Source: Propionibacterium ruminifibrarum (GTDB lineage Bacteria; Actinomycetota; Actinomycetes; Propionibacteriales; Propionibacteriaceae). Taken from it: a stretch of DNA of 32,000 nucleotides. A program made the position numbers and the translations under genes. The stretch covers positions 120,001 to 152,000 of the forward strand of contig NZ_OMOH01000005.1 in NCBI RefSeq assembly GCF_900289195.1. Reading direction: 5' to 3'. Numbering within the stretch: the stretch's first letter is position 1; each line of letters starts with the position of its first letter. The notes beneath the pieces are model-generated. The model saw nothing but the letters and a program-made list of their open reading frames with translations, did no database searches and was not told where the DNA came from. Positions 8,576 to 19,800 of the stretch are shown one piece after another.

Positions 8576-10798
8576 GCGCCCTGTCAGGTGCCGCACCCTG
8601 CAACCGGGCCGCGGACTCCTGCTCCCTGCGGTCAGCCATCGCTTGGTGGACGGTCATTGGAGACAATCAGGGGCGCTGTTCGGGATTGTGTTGCCGACAG
8701 GCTGCACATTGATCCCGATGAGGTAACCGACGACCTGAGCTTCTCTGAGATGGGTGCCGATTCGATCAGTGGCTTGGAAATTGTCAGAGAACTCAATGTG
8801 CGGTATGGACTGAACCTCGAATCCACCATTCTGTACGACTATCCGCACGTGGGTGATCTGGCGGCGCATATCGATTCTCTGACAGGGGACGTTGTCGCTA
8901 CCGGCGCCACCTTCCTGTCCAGCCCCGAGCAGCACCAAGTGCCCTTGGAACAGGTCAGAACGGGGATCATGGACGCTTTGGCGGGAATCCTGCATCTTGA
9001 ACCCCAAGACCTCGACGCAGAACTTACCTTCCAGGAGATGGGAGTTGACTCGATCAGCGGACTGGAAGTGGTGCGCGAGTGCAACCTCCGGTTCGGAGTG
9101 AATCTCGACTCGGTGGTTCTCTACGACCATCCGGACCTTGATGATCTAGCAAGCTACATCGCAACTCAGATGGATCCCTCCCACGAGCAGGGGAGTGCCC
9201 TGCGCGACGGCGATGAAGGTGCCCTGCGATTCGAATCACAGGAAAAACGGGTGTTGTACCACGACACAAGCTTCGTGGACATGCGAGGACAATTTCTTCA
9301 AGGGCTAGCACAGTCAGGGGATAACTCCAGTGGTACACGATCGGACGCGCGATCCGGCTCGGCGCCCCTGAAGGCGGTTCCGCTCGCCTCCCTGACGGCG
9401 GATCCGACCCCGGCCGCAGGCCCGGTGTTACTGCGGGGCTCCGACCATCCCAGGGGGGGTGCGAGGAAGTTGGCCCCCGGCGTGCGTAGCCAGAAAAGCG
9501 AAGCAGCCCCCCCGCTGCACAGCACCGACGGGGATGCGATCGCCGTCATCGGCATGGCTGGGGTGTTCCCTGATGCTGATGACGTGGAGGAGTTCTGGGA
9601 CAACTTGGTCAACGGGGTGGTCAGCATGCGTCCCGTTCCGAAGCACCGGTGGGGGCGGCGCAACGGATCGCGGACCTATCCGGATACCATTCGGCCCGCC
9701 CTGCTGCGCGGTATCGATCTTTTCGATCCGTTGTTCTTCAACGTCTCTCCGATCGACGCAGAGATTATGGATCCACAGCAGCGGGTGTTCCTGCAGGTGG
9801 CTTTCCATGCATTCGAGCACGCCGGACTGTCCGAGGATCATCTAGATGGTCGCCGGGTTGGGGTCTGGGTTGGCGCAGGGATGGGTGACTACCAGGACCG
9901 CTTAGCCCAGGGAAACATCCCGAACCAGTCACAGGTCTTCGCTGGCAACGCCAGCTCCATCCTGCCGGCTAGGGTCTCTTATTATCTTAACCTGCGTGGC
10001 CCCAGCCAGGCGATCGATACCGCATGCTCCTCCTCGCTCGTCGCCATCCACGATGCCTGTCAGGCTTTGCGGTACGGAGACGTCGAGTTGGCACTGGCCG
10101 GAGGGATTCGCCTGATGGTCGGTGACTCGCTATACATGCAGGTCCTCGATGCCGGGATGGGCTCACCAACCGGAGAATGCCGGGCTTTCGATGCCCGAGC
10201 GGACGGGATTGCGATGGGAGAAGCCGCTGCGGCGGTTGTTCTCAAGCGTCATGCCGACGCGATCGCGGACGGGGATCGCATCCTTGGCGTGATCCTTGGT
10301 TCTGGAGTGAATCAGGACGGTCGCACCAATGGGATCACGGCCCCCAGCCCAAGTGCCCAGGCCGAGCTCGAGCTTGAGGTTTACTCTCGCTATGACATCG
10401 ATGCTCGTGACATCACCTTACTGGAGGCACATGGAACCGGCACCGCGCTTGGCGACCCCATCGAGGTCCGGGCTCTTCAGAAAGCATTTTCGAGGTACAC
10501 CAGAGACGAGAGCTTCTGTCATCTCGGTTCGGTGAAGAATAATGTGGGGCACACCACGATGGCAGCGGGGATCACGAGCCTGATCAAGGTCCTCAAGGCG
10601 ATCGAGAAGAAGATAGTGCCGCCGCTCACGAATTTCGAACGGTTAACCGACAAGATCGACCTCGATGGATCGCCGTTTCGCATCAATACGGAGGCCGTGG
10701 CGTGGGAGATTCCAGAACATTCAAGACGGGTCGCTGCGTTGAGCTCGTTCGGGTTCAGCGGAACCAATTGTCACATGGTCGTCCGAGAGGCCCTGTAG
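8492..10798 (+). CDS. Trans-AT polyketide synthase, 768 aa: dock-ACP-ACP-KS, ending exactly at the KS C-terminus
   Basis: Two ACP sites (MGADSISGLE, MGVDSISGLE) are followed by a KS with DTACSSS, EAHGTGT, KNNVGHT and GTNCHMVVREAL-stop. The start lies 3 nt after the gene2 stop, with AGAAAGG upstream. Confidence 0.93.
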   Translation: MDRMEIFARLADGVLSREEALSLLKRSEAPCQVPHPATGPRTPAPCGQPSLGGRSLETIRGAVRDCVADRLHIDPDEVTDDLSFSEMGADSISGLEIVRELNVRYGLNLESTILYDYPHVGDLAAHIDSLTGDVVATGATFLSSPEQHQVPLEQVRTGIMDALAGILHLEPQDLDAELTFQEMGVDSISGLEVVRECNLRFGVNLDSVVLYDHPDLDDLASYIATQMDPSHEQGSALRDGDEGALRFESQEKRVLYHDTSFVDMRGQFLQGLAQSGDNSSGTRSDARSGSAPLKAVPLASLTADPTPAAGPVLLRGSDHPRGGARKLAPGVRSQKSEAAPPLHSTDGDAIAVIGMAGVFPDADDVEEFWDNLVNGVVSMRPVPKHRWGRRNGSRTYPDTIRPALLRGIDLFDPLFFNVSPIDAEIMDPQQRVFLQVAFHAFEHAGLSEDHLDGRRVGVWVGAGMGDYQDRLAQGNIPNQSQVFAGNASSILPARVSYYLNLRGPSQAIDTACSSSLVAIHDACQALRYGDVELALAGGIRLMVGDSLYMQVLDAGMGSPTGECRAFDARADGIAMGEAAAAVVLKRHADAIADGDRILGVILGSGVNQDGRTNGITAPSPSAQAELELEVYSRYDIDARDITLLEAHGTGTALGDPIEVRALQKAFSRYTRDESFCHLGSVKNNVGHTTMAAGITSLIKVLKAIEKKIVPPLTNFERLTDKIDLDGSPFRINTEAVAWEIPEHSRRVAALSSFGFSGTNCHMVVREAL
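8657..8875 (+). other. ACP domain (first of tandem pair, beta-branching module)
   Basis: FSEMGADSISGLEIVRELNVRYGLNLESTILYDYP; Ser codon 8762-8764. Confidence 0.9.
8945..9163 (+). other. ACP domain (second of tandem pair)
   Basis: FQEMGVDSISGLEVVRECNLRFGVNLDSVVLYDHP; Ser codon 9050-9052. Confidence 0.9.
9533..10795 (+). other. KS3 ketosynthase domain (protein ends at the KS boundary)
   Basis: DAIAVIGMAGVFPDADD; DTACSSS (Cys codon 10025-10027); EAHGTGTALGDPIE; KNNVGHTTMAAG; GTNCHMVVREAL then TAG. Confidence 0.95.
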
Positions 10799-10801
10799 GA
10801 G
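10797..10801 (+). promoter_or_regulatory. Shine-Dalgarno AGGAG for gene4, overlapping the gene3 TAG stop
   Basis: In tAGGAGcgcaaaATG the spacing to ATG 10808 is 6 nt. Confidence 0.65.
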
Positions 10802-10807
10802 CGCAAA

Positions 10808-13800
10808 ATGGTTATTTTACGTCCAACCACTTCCTTACAATCCCAGGCTGAACGGGGCGTGTTGTCGAGCCACCGTGACCAAGGGTGTACCCACACTGTG
10901 GAGTATCCATTCGTGGTGTCCGCGAAGAGCTCGCAAGCCCTCGAGCGTTCGGCGCGGCGTCTGATCCAATGGGCTGATTCGGGTCCGGAAGGCATCGAAC
11001 TCGCATGGGCGTCATATACGACGTGCCAGAGGAGATCCCGTTTTGCACACAGGATCGTGGTCTTCGCGAGTTCGTTCAGCGGTCTCGCTGAGGGTCTGCG
11101 GTCACGGATGGTGGATGGGGGTGTCCCTCACAGAGTAGAGGAACTGCCCGAGCTGGGGCCCGAGGTGGTCTCGGAACTGCGCAGTGAGGATTCCCGGTTG
11201 CGTCTGGAAGCGCAGGCACTCGTGCGAGGACATATCGAGTCAGGTGGAACATTGGACTTGGCTTCGTTTTTTAACGCCCCAGATCGTGTTGTGGTGGCCC
11301 TGCCTTCTTACCCGTTCGAGCGCACCAGCCTGTGGGTCGAGCAGTCAGCCGTCGAGCCAGGGGCTACGCCTTCGTCCCTGCCCGGCGTAGAATATCCGCT
11401 GCCTGGCTTGCGTGGTGCGACAGAACGTCGTGCGGGACAGGAATGTCGTGTGCGGACCCTCCATGTGGATGACTTCTGGCTGGCCGACCATATTGTTGCT
11501 CAGCAACACGTCTTCCCCGGCGTGGGATACATTGAATTCGCCGTGGCGTCCTCGGGTGCTTTTGCCCTTCCCGGTCCCCATGAGCTGAGGGACATCGTCT
11601 ACCACAGCCCATTGGTGGTCCAGGGTAGCGATGACGAGCCCGAACTGGAACTGCACGGGGTCGCAGCGGGCACCGGATCGTTCCGCGTGTGCACGCGCCG
11701 GAGCGGTGAGGAAACAGTTCACTGCACCGGGACGATCCTCGACGGCGTGGCGGATCCGACCGCCTTTCGAGCGCACCCGATGAATCTGGACATCGACAGG
11801 ATGTTCGGGGAACTGGGTCCTCGTCTTGATCGCGAAGCATGCTACGCCGAGATTCGTGGGACGGGACTCATGTTGGGTCCTTCGTTCAACGCGATCAGGA
11901 CCATTGCGTTCAACGCCGACCGGGCCATGGCAGAGATAGTAATGCCCGAGAAGTTTGTGACGGACCACGAAGACTTCCTGTTGCACCCCTCTATCTTCGA
12001 CGGAGCCCTCGAGAGCGTCTACTGGCTGGCACCTGCTGGCGCTACGTCGTTGCCCGTCGGAATCGACAGGGTCGGGTGGTTTTCCCGGCCCCTGCCACGT
12101 TGCTTCGCCTACGCTACTCGGTCTGTGGCAGGACGCCCGGGGGAATTCAGCTATGACGTGACAATTTACCAACCTGATGGCACACGCGCCGTGGCAGTGG
12201 AGGGCTTTCGTTTCAAGGATCTGTCATCGGGGCCTTCCCACGACAGCGACGTCCACTCCTTCACTTTCGAGCAGGTTCCGGTCGCACTCAGCGAATCCCC
12301 GGGGCTGGAGGGCAGCCTTGGCTTGGTGAACGTGACCACCCGGATGTGGGAGGCCCTGGGGCGAACCGGGGAGGTCATTGGTGTTGACACTCCCTCTTGT
12401 TCCGCATTGCGGGAGGGAGAACAGCAGGAATGGATGCGCAACGAGGTGCTGCCCTGCCGGGATGTTCGGGCGATAGTCATCGACCTCACCGGCTGTGGGG
12501 TTCCTGGGGTCGATGAACCATCTGCAGTCATGGCCATCCATGATCTGCTGGCCAGCCTCGAGAGTCATCTCATCACCCGGGCCCCGACCCTGCCGCAGGT
12601 GGTGTTGGTGGAACCAGACGCGCCCGCACGACTTACTCGAGCGCTAAGGGCATTCGCTCTGACAATGACCTTGGAGTCGCCTCAGACCAAGGTCACCGTC
12701 CTGGCAGCCGACCCCCGCGATGTACGCTTTGGGTCGCGTGTTCGCCGCGTGCTTCTGGCGGCCCCCCCTGGATTCGTGACCTGGGTTGGTGACCAACTCA
12801 TGGAACCGCGTGTAGTTCCATGTTCCAGTGCTGGTACCGCGCGTCTGGAGGAGGCCACCGGGCCTGGCGTCTACGTGATCACAGGCGGTATGGGTGCCAT
12901 CGGTAGTCTGCTTGCTGATCGCTTGGCCTGTCGCGGTACGAACCTCATGCTGTGGGGCAGGACACCTCTGGACGCGGAGCGTCGCGCGCGCATCGACGCC
13001 TTGGCGGCGCGTGGCGGCCGTGTCGAGTACCGGGTTGTGGATCTTGGCGACGCCCACTCGGTCGTGGAGTGTCTGGATGAGACCGAGCGGGCGCTGGGAC
13101 CGATCGACGGTGTCTTCCACTGCGCTGGCACCACCCATGACACCATGCTGTCGGTTCCGCATGTTTCGCAGTCTCGGTCGGTGCTTGAGCCCAAGGTCGC
13201 CGGTGCTTGGAATCTGCGCAGGGCGTTGGAAGAGCGGCATGCTCGTTTCCTGGTTCTTGCCTCATCGATGGCGTCCGTGACGGGCAATACGGGACAGTCT
13301 GACTATGCGTTCGCTAACGGGTTCATGGATGGACTGGCAGTCGATGGTTCGAACGACAGTCGACTGCACACGGTGGCGCTGGACTGGTCCGTATGGCGCG
13401 ATGGCGGTATCCACATCGAGCCGAACGTGCTGTCGATGTTCGCTACCGTGTTCGGGATCACACCGTTGACCAATGACCAGGGCTTGGCGTCGATTGCCCG
13501 CTCATTGGGCGGTGGCATGCAGCAGGTGATCGTTGTCGCAGGCGACCGGGAGCGGATCAAGGCGCACCTAGGGGTGGCTCCGCAGTCCGTGCCCCCGGTT
13601 AGGCGGCAGGTGTCCGGTCCGGGAACAGACCTGCGCGCGTGGGTCGAGCAAGGACTCCGGTCCATCATCATTTCTTCGATCAAACTGTCCGAGGACGATT
13701 TCGATCCGTCCCGTACCTTCCAGGAGTACGGCTATACGTCGCTGACGATGGTCGACCTTGCCAACGACATCAATGCCCGGTTCGGCACCTCCATCACGCC

Positions 13801-16800
13801 AGCGCTATTCTTCAGCGCCACGACCTTTGACAAGCTGGTGGAGCACCTCGTCAGTGCCGAGGAGCCCAGCGTGCTGCGCTCTTTCAAAGCATCGGGGTCC
13901 TTCGATGCGCCGACTGCGGTCGCAGCGGCTCTTCCCGGAGATAATAGGTCTGCCGATGATGCCTTCGCGATCGTGGGTCTCGATGTCGTGATGCCAGGAT
14001 CTCGTGACATTCACCAGTACTGGAAGCATCTCATCGATTGTGACTGCATGACTTCGCAGGTCCCCTCGGACCGCTGGGACTGGCAAGCTCTCGACGCCGA
14101 TCTGGCGAGGGCCGGGCAGGATCCGGTATCGCATCACGGCGCGTTCATGGCTGAGGTACAAGACTTCGATCGTTCCCTGTTCGGTATCTCGCCGCGCGAG
14201 GCGAAGTTCATGGACCCCCAACAGCGGCTGGTACTCGAATCGATCCACAGGACGATCGAAAGCTCGGGCAGACGCGTCAGCGACATGGCTGGTTCTAGGA
14301 CTGGCATCTTTATCGGGGTCGCCACAGCAGACTACTCGAACGTCCTCCAGGAATCCGCGTTTCCGGTTGATGCCTACACCTCGACGGGAGCCTCGCACAG
14401 CGTCTTGGTGAACCGCGCTTCTTTCCACTTCAACTGGACGGGGCCGTCGGAGCCGATTGACACGGCTTGCTCGAGTTCACTAGTGGCCATTCACCGTGCC
14501 TGTGAAGCCATCCGCAGCGGTACGTGCGATGCTGCTGTTGCCGGTGGGGTCAACGTGATCGTCAGTCCCCTGCTGCACACCGCTTTCTCCCGCGCTGGCA
14601 TGCTGTCGCCGTCTGGCAACTGCCATAGCTTTGATGTGGCAGCTGACGGTTATGTGCGCGGTGAGGGCGTCGGTACGCTGCTGATCAAGCCCTTGTCAGC
14701 AGCCACGTCCGATGGGGATCCAGTTCTGGCGGTGATCCGGGGAACTGCCGTGAACCACGGCGGGCATGCCAGCTCGTTGACGGCCCCCAATCCCAGAATG
14801 CAGGCCGAGGTCATCCGTGACGCATGGCGATCGGGCGATCTCGATTCCTCGGGTATCGGCTACATCGAGGCGCACGGCACCGGGACTAGGTTGGGGGATC
14901 CTGTCGAGATCGATGGTCTGCGTCAGGGCTTCCGCAGTCTGTCGCCGACCGGAGAGTTGTGGTCGGACAAGACCTGTTCGATCGGCACGGTCAAGGCCAA
15001 CATCGGTCACCTCGAAGCAGCGGCCGGTGTGGCGGGAATCGCCAAGGTCGTGATGATGCTGCGTGAAGCGACGATTCCCGGCCATCCGACACTGGGGGAA
15101 CTGAACCCGTATCTGGCCCTGGAGGACTCTCCGTTCGCCATTCAGAGGGAGACGTCTCCGTGGCCGAACCGCGGTGATGGAGAGTCCCGACGCGCTGGGG
15201 TCAGTTCGTTCGGCTTTGGGGGTGCCAACGCCCACATCGCGCTGGAGGAGTTCCGAGCCGAAGGGGTACGACCGTCCGACGGTGCACAGTTCTTGGTTTT
15301 CTCCGCGCGGAGCGAACGAGCGCTCGTCGAGCACATGCGCAATCACGCTAAAGCCCTGAGCGGATCGGTGCCGCCGAATCTTGCGGACGTCGCCAACACA
15401 CTCCGCAATGGGCGGGAGCAGTACTCGCATCGCGCTGTCGTGCTCGTTCAGTCGGGGACTGGCGTAGATCAGGTCCGACGCGCACTGGAGGGGGAGTCCG
15501 TAGTGCCTGGTGTCGACGTCCTCATGTCGGCTACGTTCGGCGACGAGGAAGCGGTAGTGGTGCGGAACCATCCTGGCGCCGTGCTTGAAAGTTCTGAACA
15601 GGTGGTGGCCTTCCTGCGGGGAGAAACCGTCGAATGGAAGATCGCCCAGGATCAATTGACGCGTCGCGCGTGGCTTCCCCCGACCCCCATGGAACGGGTC
15701 CGTTGCTGGGCGACGGACGGGGTTCCGTCGTTCGCTATGACCCTCGGCCTCGGCGTGACAGCGGCAGATAGCTCCGCCGCTCCGCAATCAGTGACGAATT
15801 CCCTTCACCCCATGATAGATGAATGCTCGGACACCGAATCAGGAGCGAAGCGGTTCGCCAAGACCCTGCGCGACACGGAGTTCCTCGTTGCGCACCATGT
15901 CGTCAACGGTCGCAAGGTGCTGCCTGGCACGGCTTACGTCGAATTGGCCCACGCGGTTGGGCGCCAACTGGGGATGTCGCAGGCTTGTACCGTGTCCGGG
16001 CTGGTGTGGGAGCAGATCCTCGAGATGAAGGAACCTGAGATCGAGCTCATCGTTGATGCGACACCGCGTCCTTCACAGCACGGAGCCTTCGACCTCGTCG
16101 TGTCCAGCAGGTCCTCAGTGGGAACCGTTCGGCATTGCTGCTGCGTGGTGAGTGATGGCATCCGCTCCGCACCTATGACGATCGACGTGCCGGGGAGGAT
16201 TCAGGAGGCGGACCGCGAGCTATCTCGTGAGTACTGCTACGGGACCCTGTATCCGCGGATTGGTTTTGACTACGGACCCGGATTTAGGGTCACCAGCGCA
16301 ATCTGGTCGCAGGCTCACGGGGCGGTGACGGAACTGCGACTCCCGGAGGGTATCGCCGGTGTGGACGATCATCGGTTCAAGGTGCACCCCAGCCTGGTGG
16401 ACGGTGCCATTCGGTCGATTGCGGCAATCTCGGAACAGCGCCACAGCTCCACTTACGTCCCCTTCTCCGTGGAGCGTGTCGAGGTCTTTGCGGAGTGTCC
16501 CGCGCATTGCTTCGCCGTTGTGACCATGGGATCCGGCACTAGCAGCAGGCGGATCCAGAGCATGTTGTTCAATGTCTCGATCCTCGACGAGGATGGGAAC
16601 GAGTGCGTACGGTTCAACAACCTCATGGTGCGCGGTCTTCCCCGGGACTATACGAATGATGACCGGGAATTCTTCCTTGTCCCCCAATGGGTCGAGGTAC
16701 CCACCGCTCGCCCAGTGGCTTCGTCGGGTGCAGAACCAGTGCTGCTCATCGGAACGCGCAACGAAGGTTTCGCGTCTTTGTCCCGGGGTCTTGTCGCTGG

Positions 16801-19800
16801 CCATCCGGGGAGCATGGCCGTGCTGGTCGTCCCGCAGGAGTCGCGGGAGCGACGAGCCGACGATGCTGACAAGGGCATTGTGGAGATCGCGCGGGACGCC
16901 AATCTCCTTAATGACGTGGCCAACAGATGCCAAGGGTTGTCCCGTGTTGTCGTTGACCTCAGCGGTGCGGATTCCGCCGAGGATCTGCGCGGCCAGGGAG
17001 GACTTGATCTTCTCGCCGGGGTGGTGAGGGCGGCGGTCAGCTCCGCAGGAGCTAGGGTCCAGGTGACAGTCCTTGCACCGAGGCCTGATTCGGTGACCTC
17101 GCTGACTCCAATGGCCGCCCTGGGTCTTGCGCGATCAATGCCAGCGGTGGTGCCGAATGTGCACTGGACGATCGCAGAAGTGGATGCATCCGTGTCGGCG
17201 GAGGGGGCGCTCCGCCGTTTGGACAGGATGACGAATCTGCCTTCGGGCACTCGGGTGAGGATCATGCGGGATGTCACCCTCATGGAATCGATGCGTGCTC
17301 TCGACGACCACGAACTGGTTGCTGAAGGGACAGGGCTCCCCGATGGAGGTGTATGCGTCCTGTCGGGCGGGATGGGGAAGATTGGGCAGGCATTAGCCAG
17401 AAAGCTCGCTGCCGATCACCACATGAGGATCGCTATCCTGGGACGCTCTCCACTTGACGACCGTCGTGAGCAACTGCTGGCGGAGCTGCGTGACATGGGG
17501 GGCGAGGGGCTCTACATCCCCTGTGACGTGAGCGACCGCCACCGCGTGGCGACGTCTGTGGAGACGATCAGGTCCAGGTGGGGTCAAATAGATGCGGTAA
17601 TCCATGCCGCAGGTGTGATGAGTTCCCGCATGTTCTTGGATGCCCCGCTGACCGACATTGAACGCGTTCTTGCCGCCAAAATCACTGGCGCGGTGAACCT
17701 AGATGCAGAGACGGCACAAGATGACCTGACCCAGTTCATCGTCTTCTCGTCTGTTTCCGCTCTAGTCGGCGACATGGGATCAGGCACCTATGGCGCAGCC
17801 AATGCGCTGCTTGATGGTTTCGCGGAGCAGCGCGAGAACGAGGTCAGGAATGGGCGTCGAAGGGGCGCCACGCTGTGCATCGACTGGCCGATGTGGGCGG
17901 ACGGCGGGATGCCCATCCCCGGCGGGGTCGACTCATTCGCGGAGAACACGGGTATGTCGCTGCTGCGTACCGACTCCGGGATCGACCTGTTCGAATGGAT
18001 CACGAAACTGGGGCGCACCCGAATCGTTCCCCTGCACGGGCGCCCGACGCCGTTGCGTCGTCTGTTCCGTTTCACCCATGCGACACAGCGATCAGCTGGT
18101 ATCGCGGCCCCCGTGAGGGCTGCCAAGCAGCAGGACGACCTGATGGAGGTCTGCATCGATCACCTCAAGCGACTCATCGCAGAGGCCAGTGGTTACGCGG
18201 TCGATGAGTTCGATGAGGATGATGACTTCGAGGAGTTCGGTATCGACTCTCTGATGATTCTGAGCCTCAATGACAAGCTGGCCGTGGACTTCCCGGGACT
18301 GGAACGGACCATCTTCTTCGAGCACAATTCGATCTCGTCACTGGCAGCCCACCTGCTTGAGGAACGCAGAGCAGCGGTTGAGGCGCTTGCCGCACGTCGG
18401 GAAGAGCCAATGATGACCTCTGCCCTGCCGTTCGTTGAAGACGCAGCGCTCGAGTCGACATCTGTCGAGGTGCAGGCTTCGGTTATCGCCCAACCACGAC
18501 GAGCGACGAGCGTGCAGTCTTTCGAAGAGGCAGCGCTGTTCGCGGCAGAGGAACCCATCGCTATTATCGGGATGAACGGAAGATTCCCCGGGGCCGATTC
18601 GATCGCCGAGTTCTGGACGAACCTTTGCGACGGGAAGGACTGCGTCACCGAGATTCCTGCCGATCGATGGGATCTGAAGGTATTCGCGGACAAGCATGCT
18701 CGAGGGGAATCATGCATCTACTCGAAGTGGGGAGCGTTCTTGGATGACGTGGCTGGATTCGATCCCCTGTTATTCAAGATTCCATTCGTCGATGCCAGGC
18801 ATATCGATCCGCAGGAGCGACTGTTCCTTGAGAACGTCTTCGGAACCCTTGAAGAGGCCGGTTACTGCGCCTTTCCGAAGGATCCGGTCAACGTTGGTGT
18901 CTACGTCGGAGTCATGTATGGGCATTACCAATTGTTGGCTCTGGAGCGCACCCTTGCTGGTAAGGAGACAATCACCAGTTCTACCTTCGCCTCAATTGCG
19001 AACCGAACTTCCTATGTCTTCAATTTTACTGGTCCATCGCTGGCAGTTGACACCATGTGTTCATCCTCCTTGACCGCCATCCATCTAGCCTGTGAAGCTC
19101 TTCGTCGGGGTGATTGCGATATGGCCGTGGCCGGTGGTGTGAACGTCACGGTGCATCCGGATAAATACCGGTTCCTGAGTTCACAGCACTTTCTCGCGTC
19201 CGATGGTCGGTGTCACGCCTTCGGTGAGGGTGGCGACGGATATGTGCCGGGTGAGGGCGTCGCATCTCTGCTCCTCAAGCCGCTATCGAAGGCCGAGCGG
19301 GACGGTGACCATATCCATGCGCTAATTCGGGGGACCGCCATCAACCATGGCGGCAAGACAAACGGATACACCGTGACGAATCCAGTGGCCCAGTCGGAGG
19401 CGATTCTCTCGGCGCTAGAGAAATCGGGTGTATCCGCGCGCGACATCAGCTACATCGAGGCCCACGGGACAGGCACTGAACTAGGTGACCCTATTGAGAT
19501 CCGCGGTCTGACGATGGCGTTCTCGCGCAGCACTCATGATCGGGATTTCTGCTGGATCGGTTCGGTCAAGTCCAATATCGGGCATGCCGAGGGTGCGGCC
19601 GGCGTCGTTTCGGTCGTGAAGACCGTAGAACAACTTCGGCATCACGCCGTGGTCCCGTCGCTTCACAGCGAGGTGCTGAACCCGCAGATCGCGTTCGCCG
19701 AGACACCGTTCCGCGTGCCCCACAAGGTGGAGCCCTGGCAGCCCACTGGTACCATTCATGATGGGGTGCACGGCTCTTTGTTGGCAGGCGTGAGTTCGTT

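Larger units (their letters stand above)
8657..9163 (+). repeat. Tandem ACP-coding duplication, period 288 nt
   Basis: The Ser codons at 8762 and 9050 are exactly 96 codons apart. The two units are clearly more similar to each other than the gene1 pair are to each other. Confidence 0.85.

Noticed and set aside
9453-9513. G7 (9453-9459) and C7 (9507-9513) homopolymer runs as possible phase-variation or frameshift sites.
   Set aside because: The reading frame is intact through both runs, and the KS downstream is in frame. Runs of this length are unremarkable in GC-rich DNA. They matter only as possible sequencing-error hotspots.
9165-9530. The ~120-aa segment between the second ACP and KS3 in gene3 as a possible hidden domain.
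   Set aside because: It is rich in Ser, Gly, Pro, Ala and Arg and has no conserved motif. It looks like a long disordered linker.
10796-10798. The in-frame TAG as programmed read-through or pyrrolysine.
   Set aside because: Nothing in the window suggests Pyl machinery or a downstream recoding structure. An AGGAG plus ATG restart immediately after the stop is a simpler explanation. The site is kept as a finding only in the form split-versus-nonsense.
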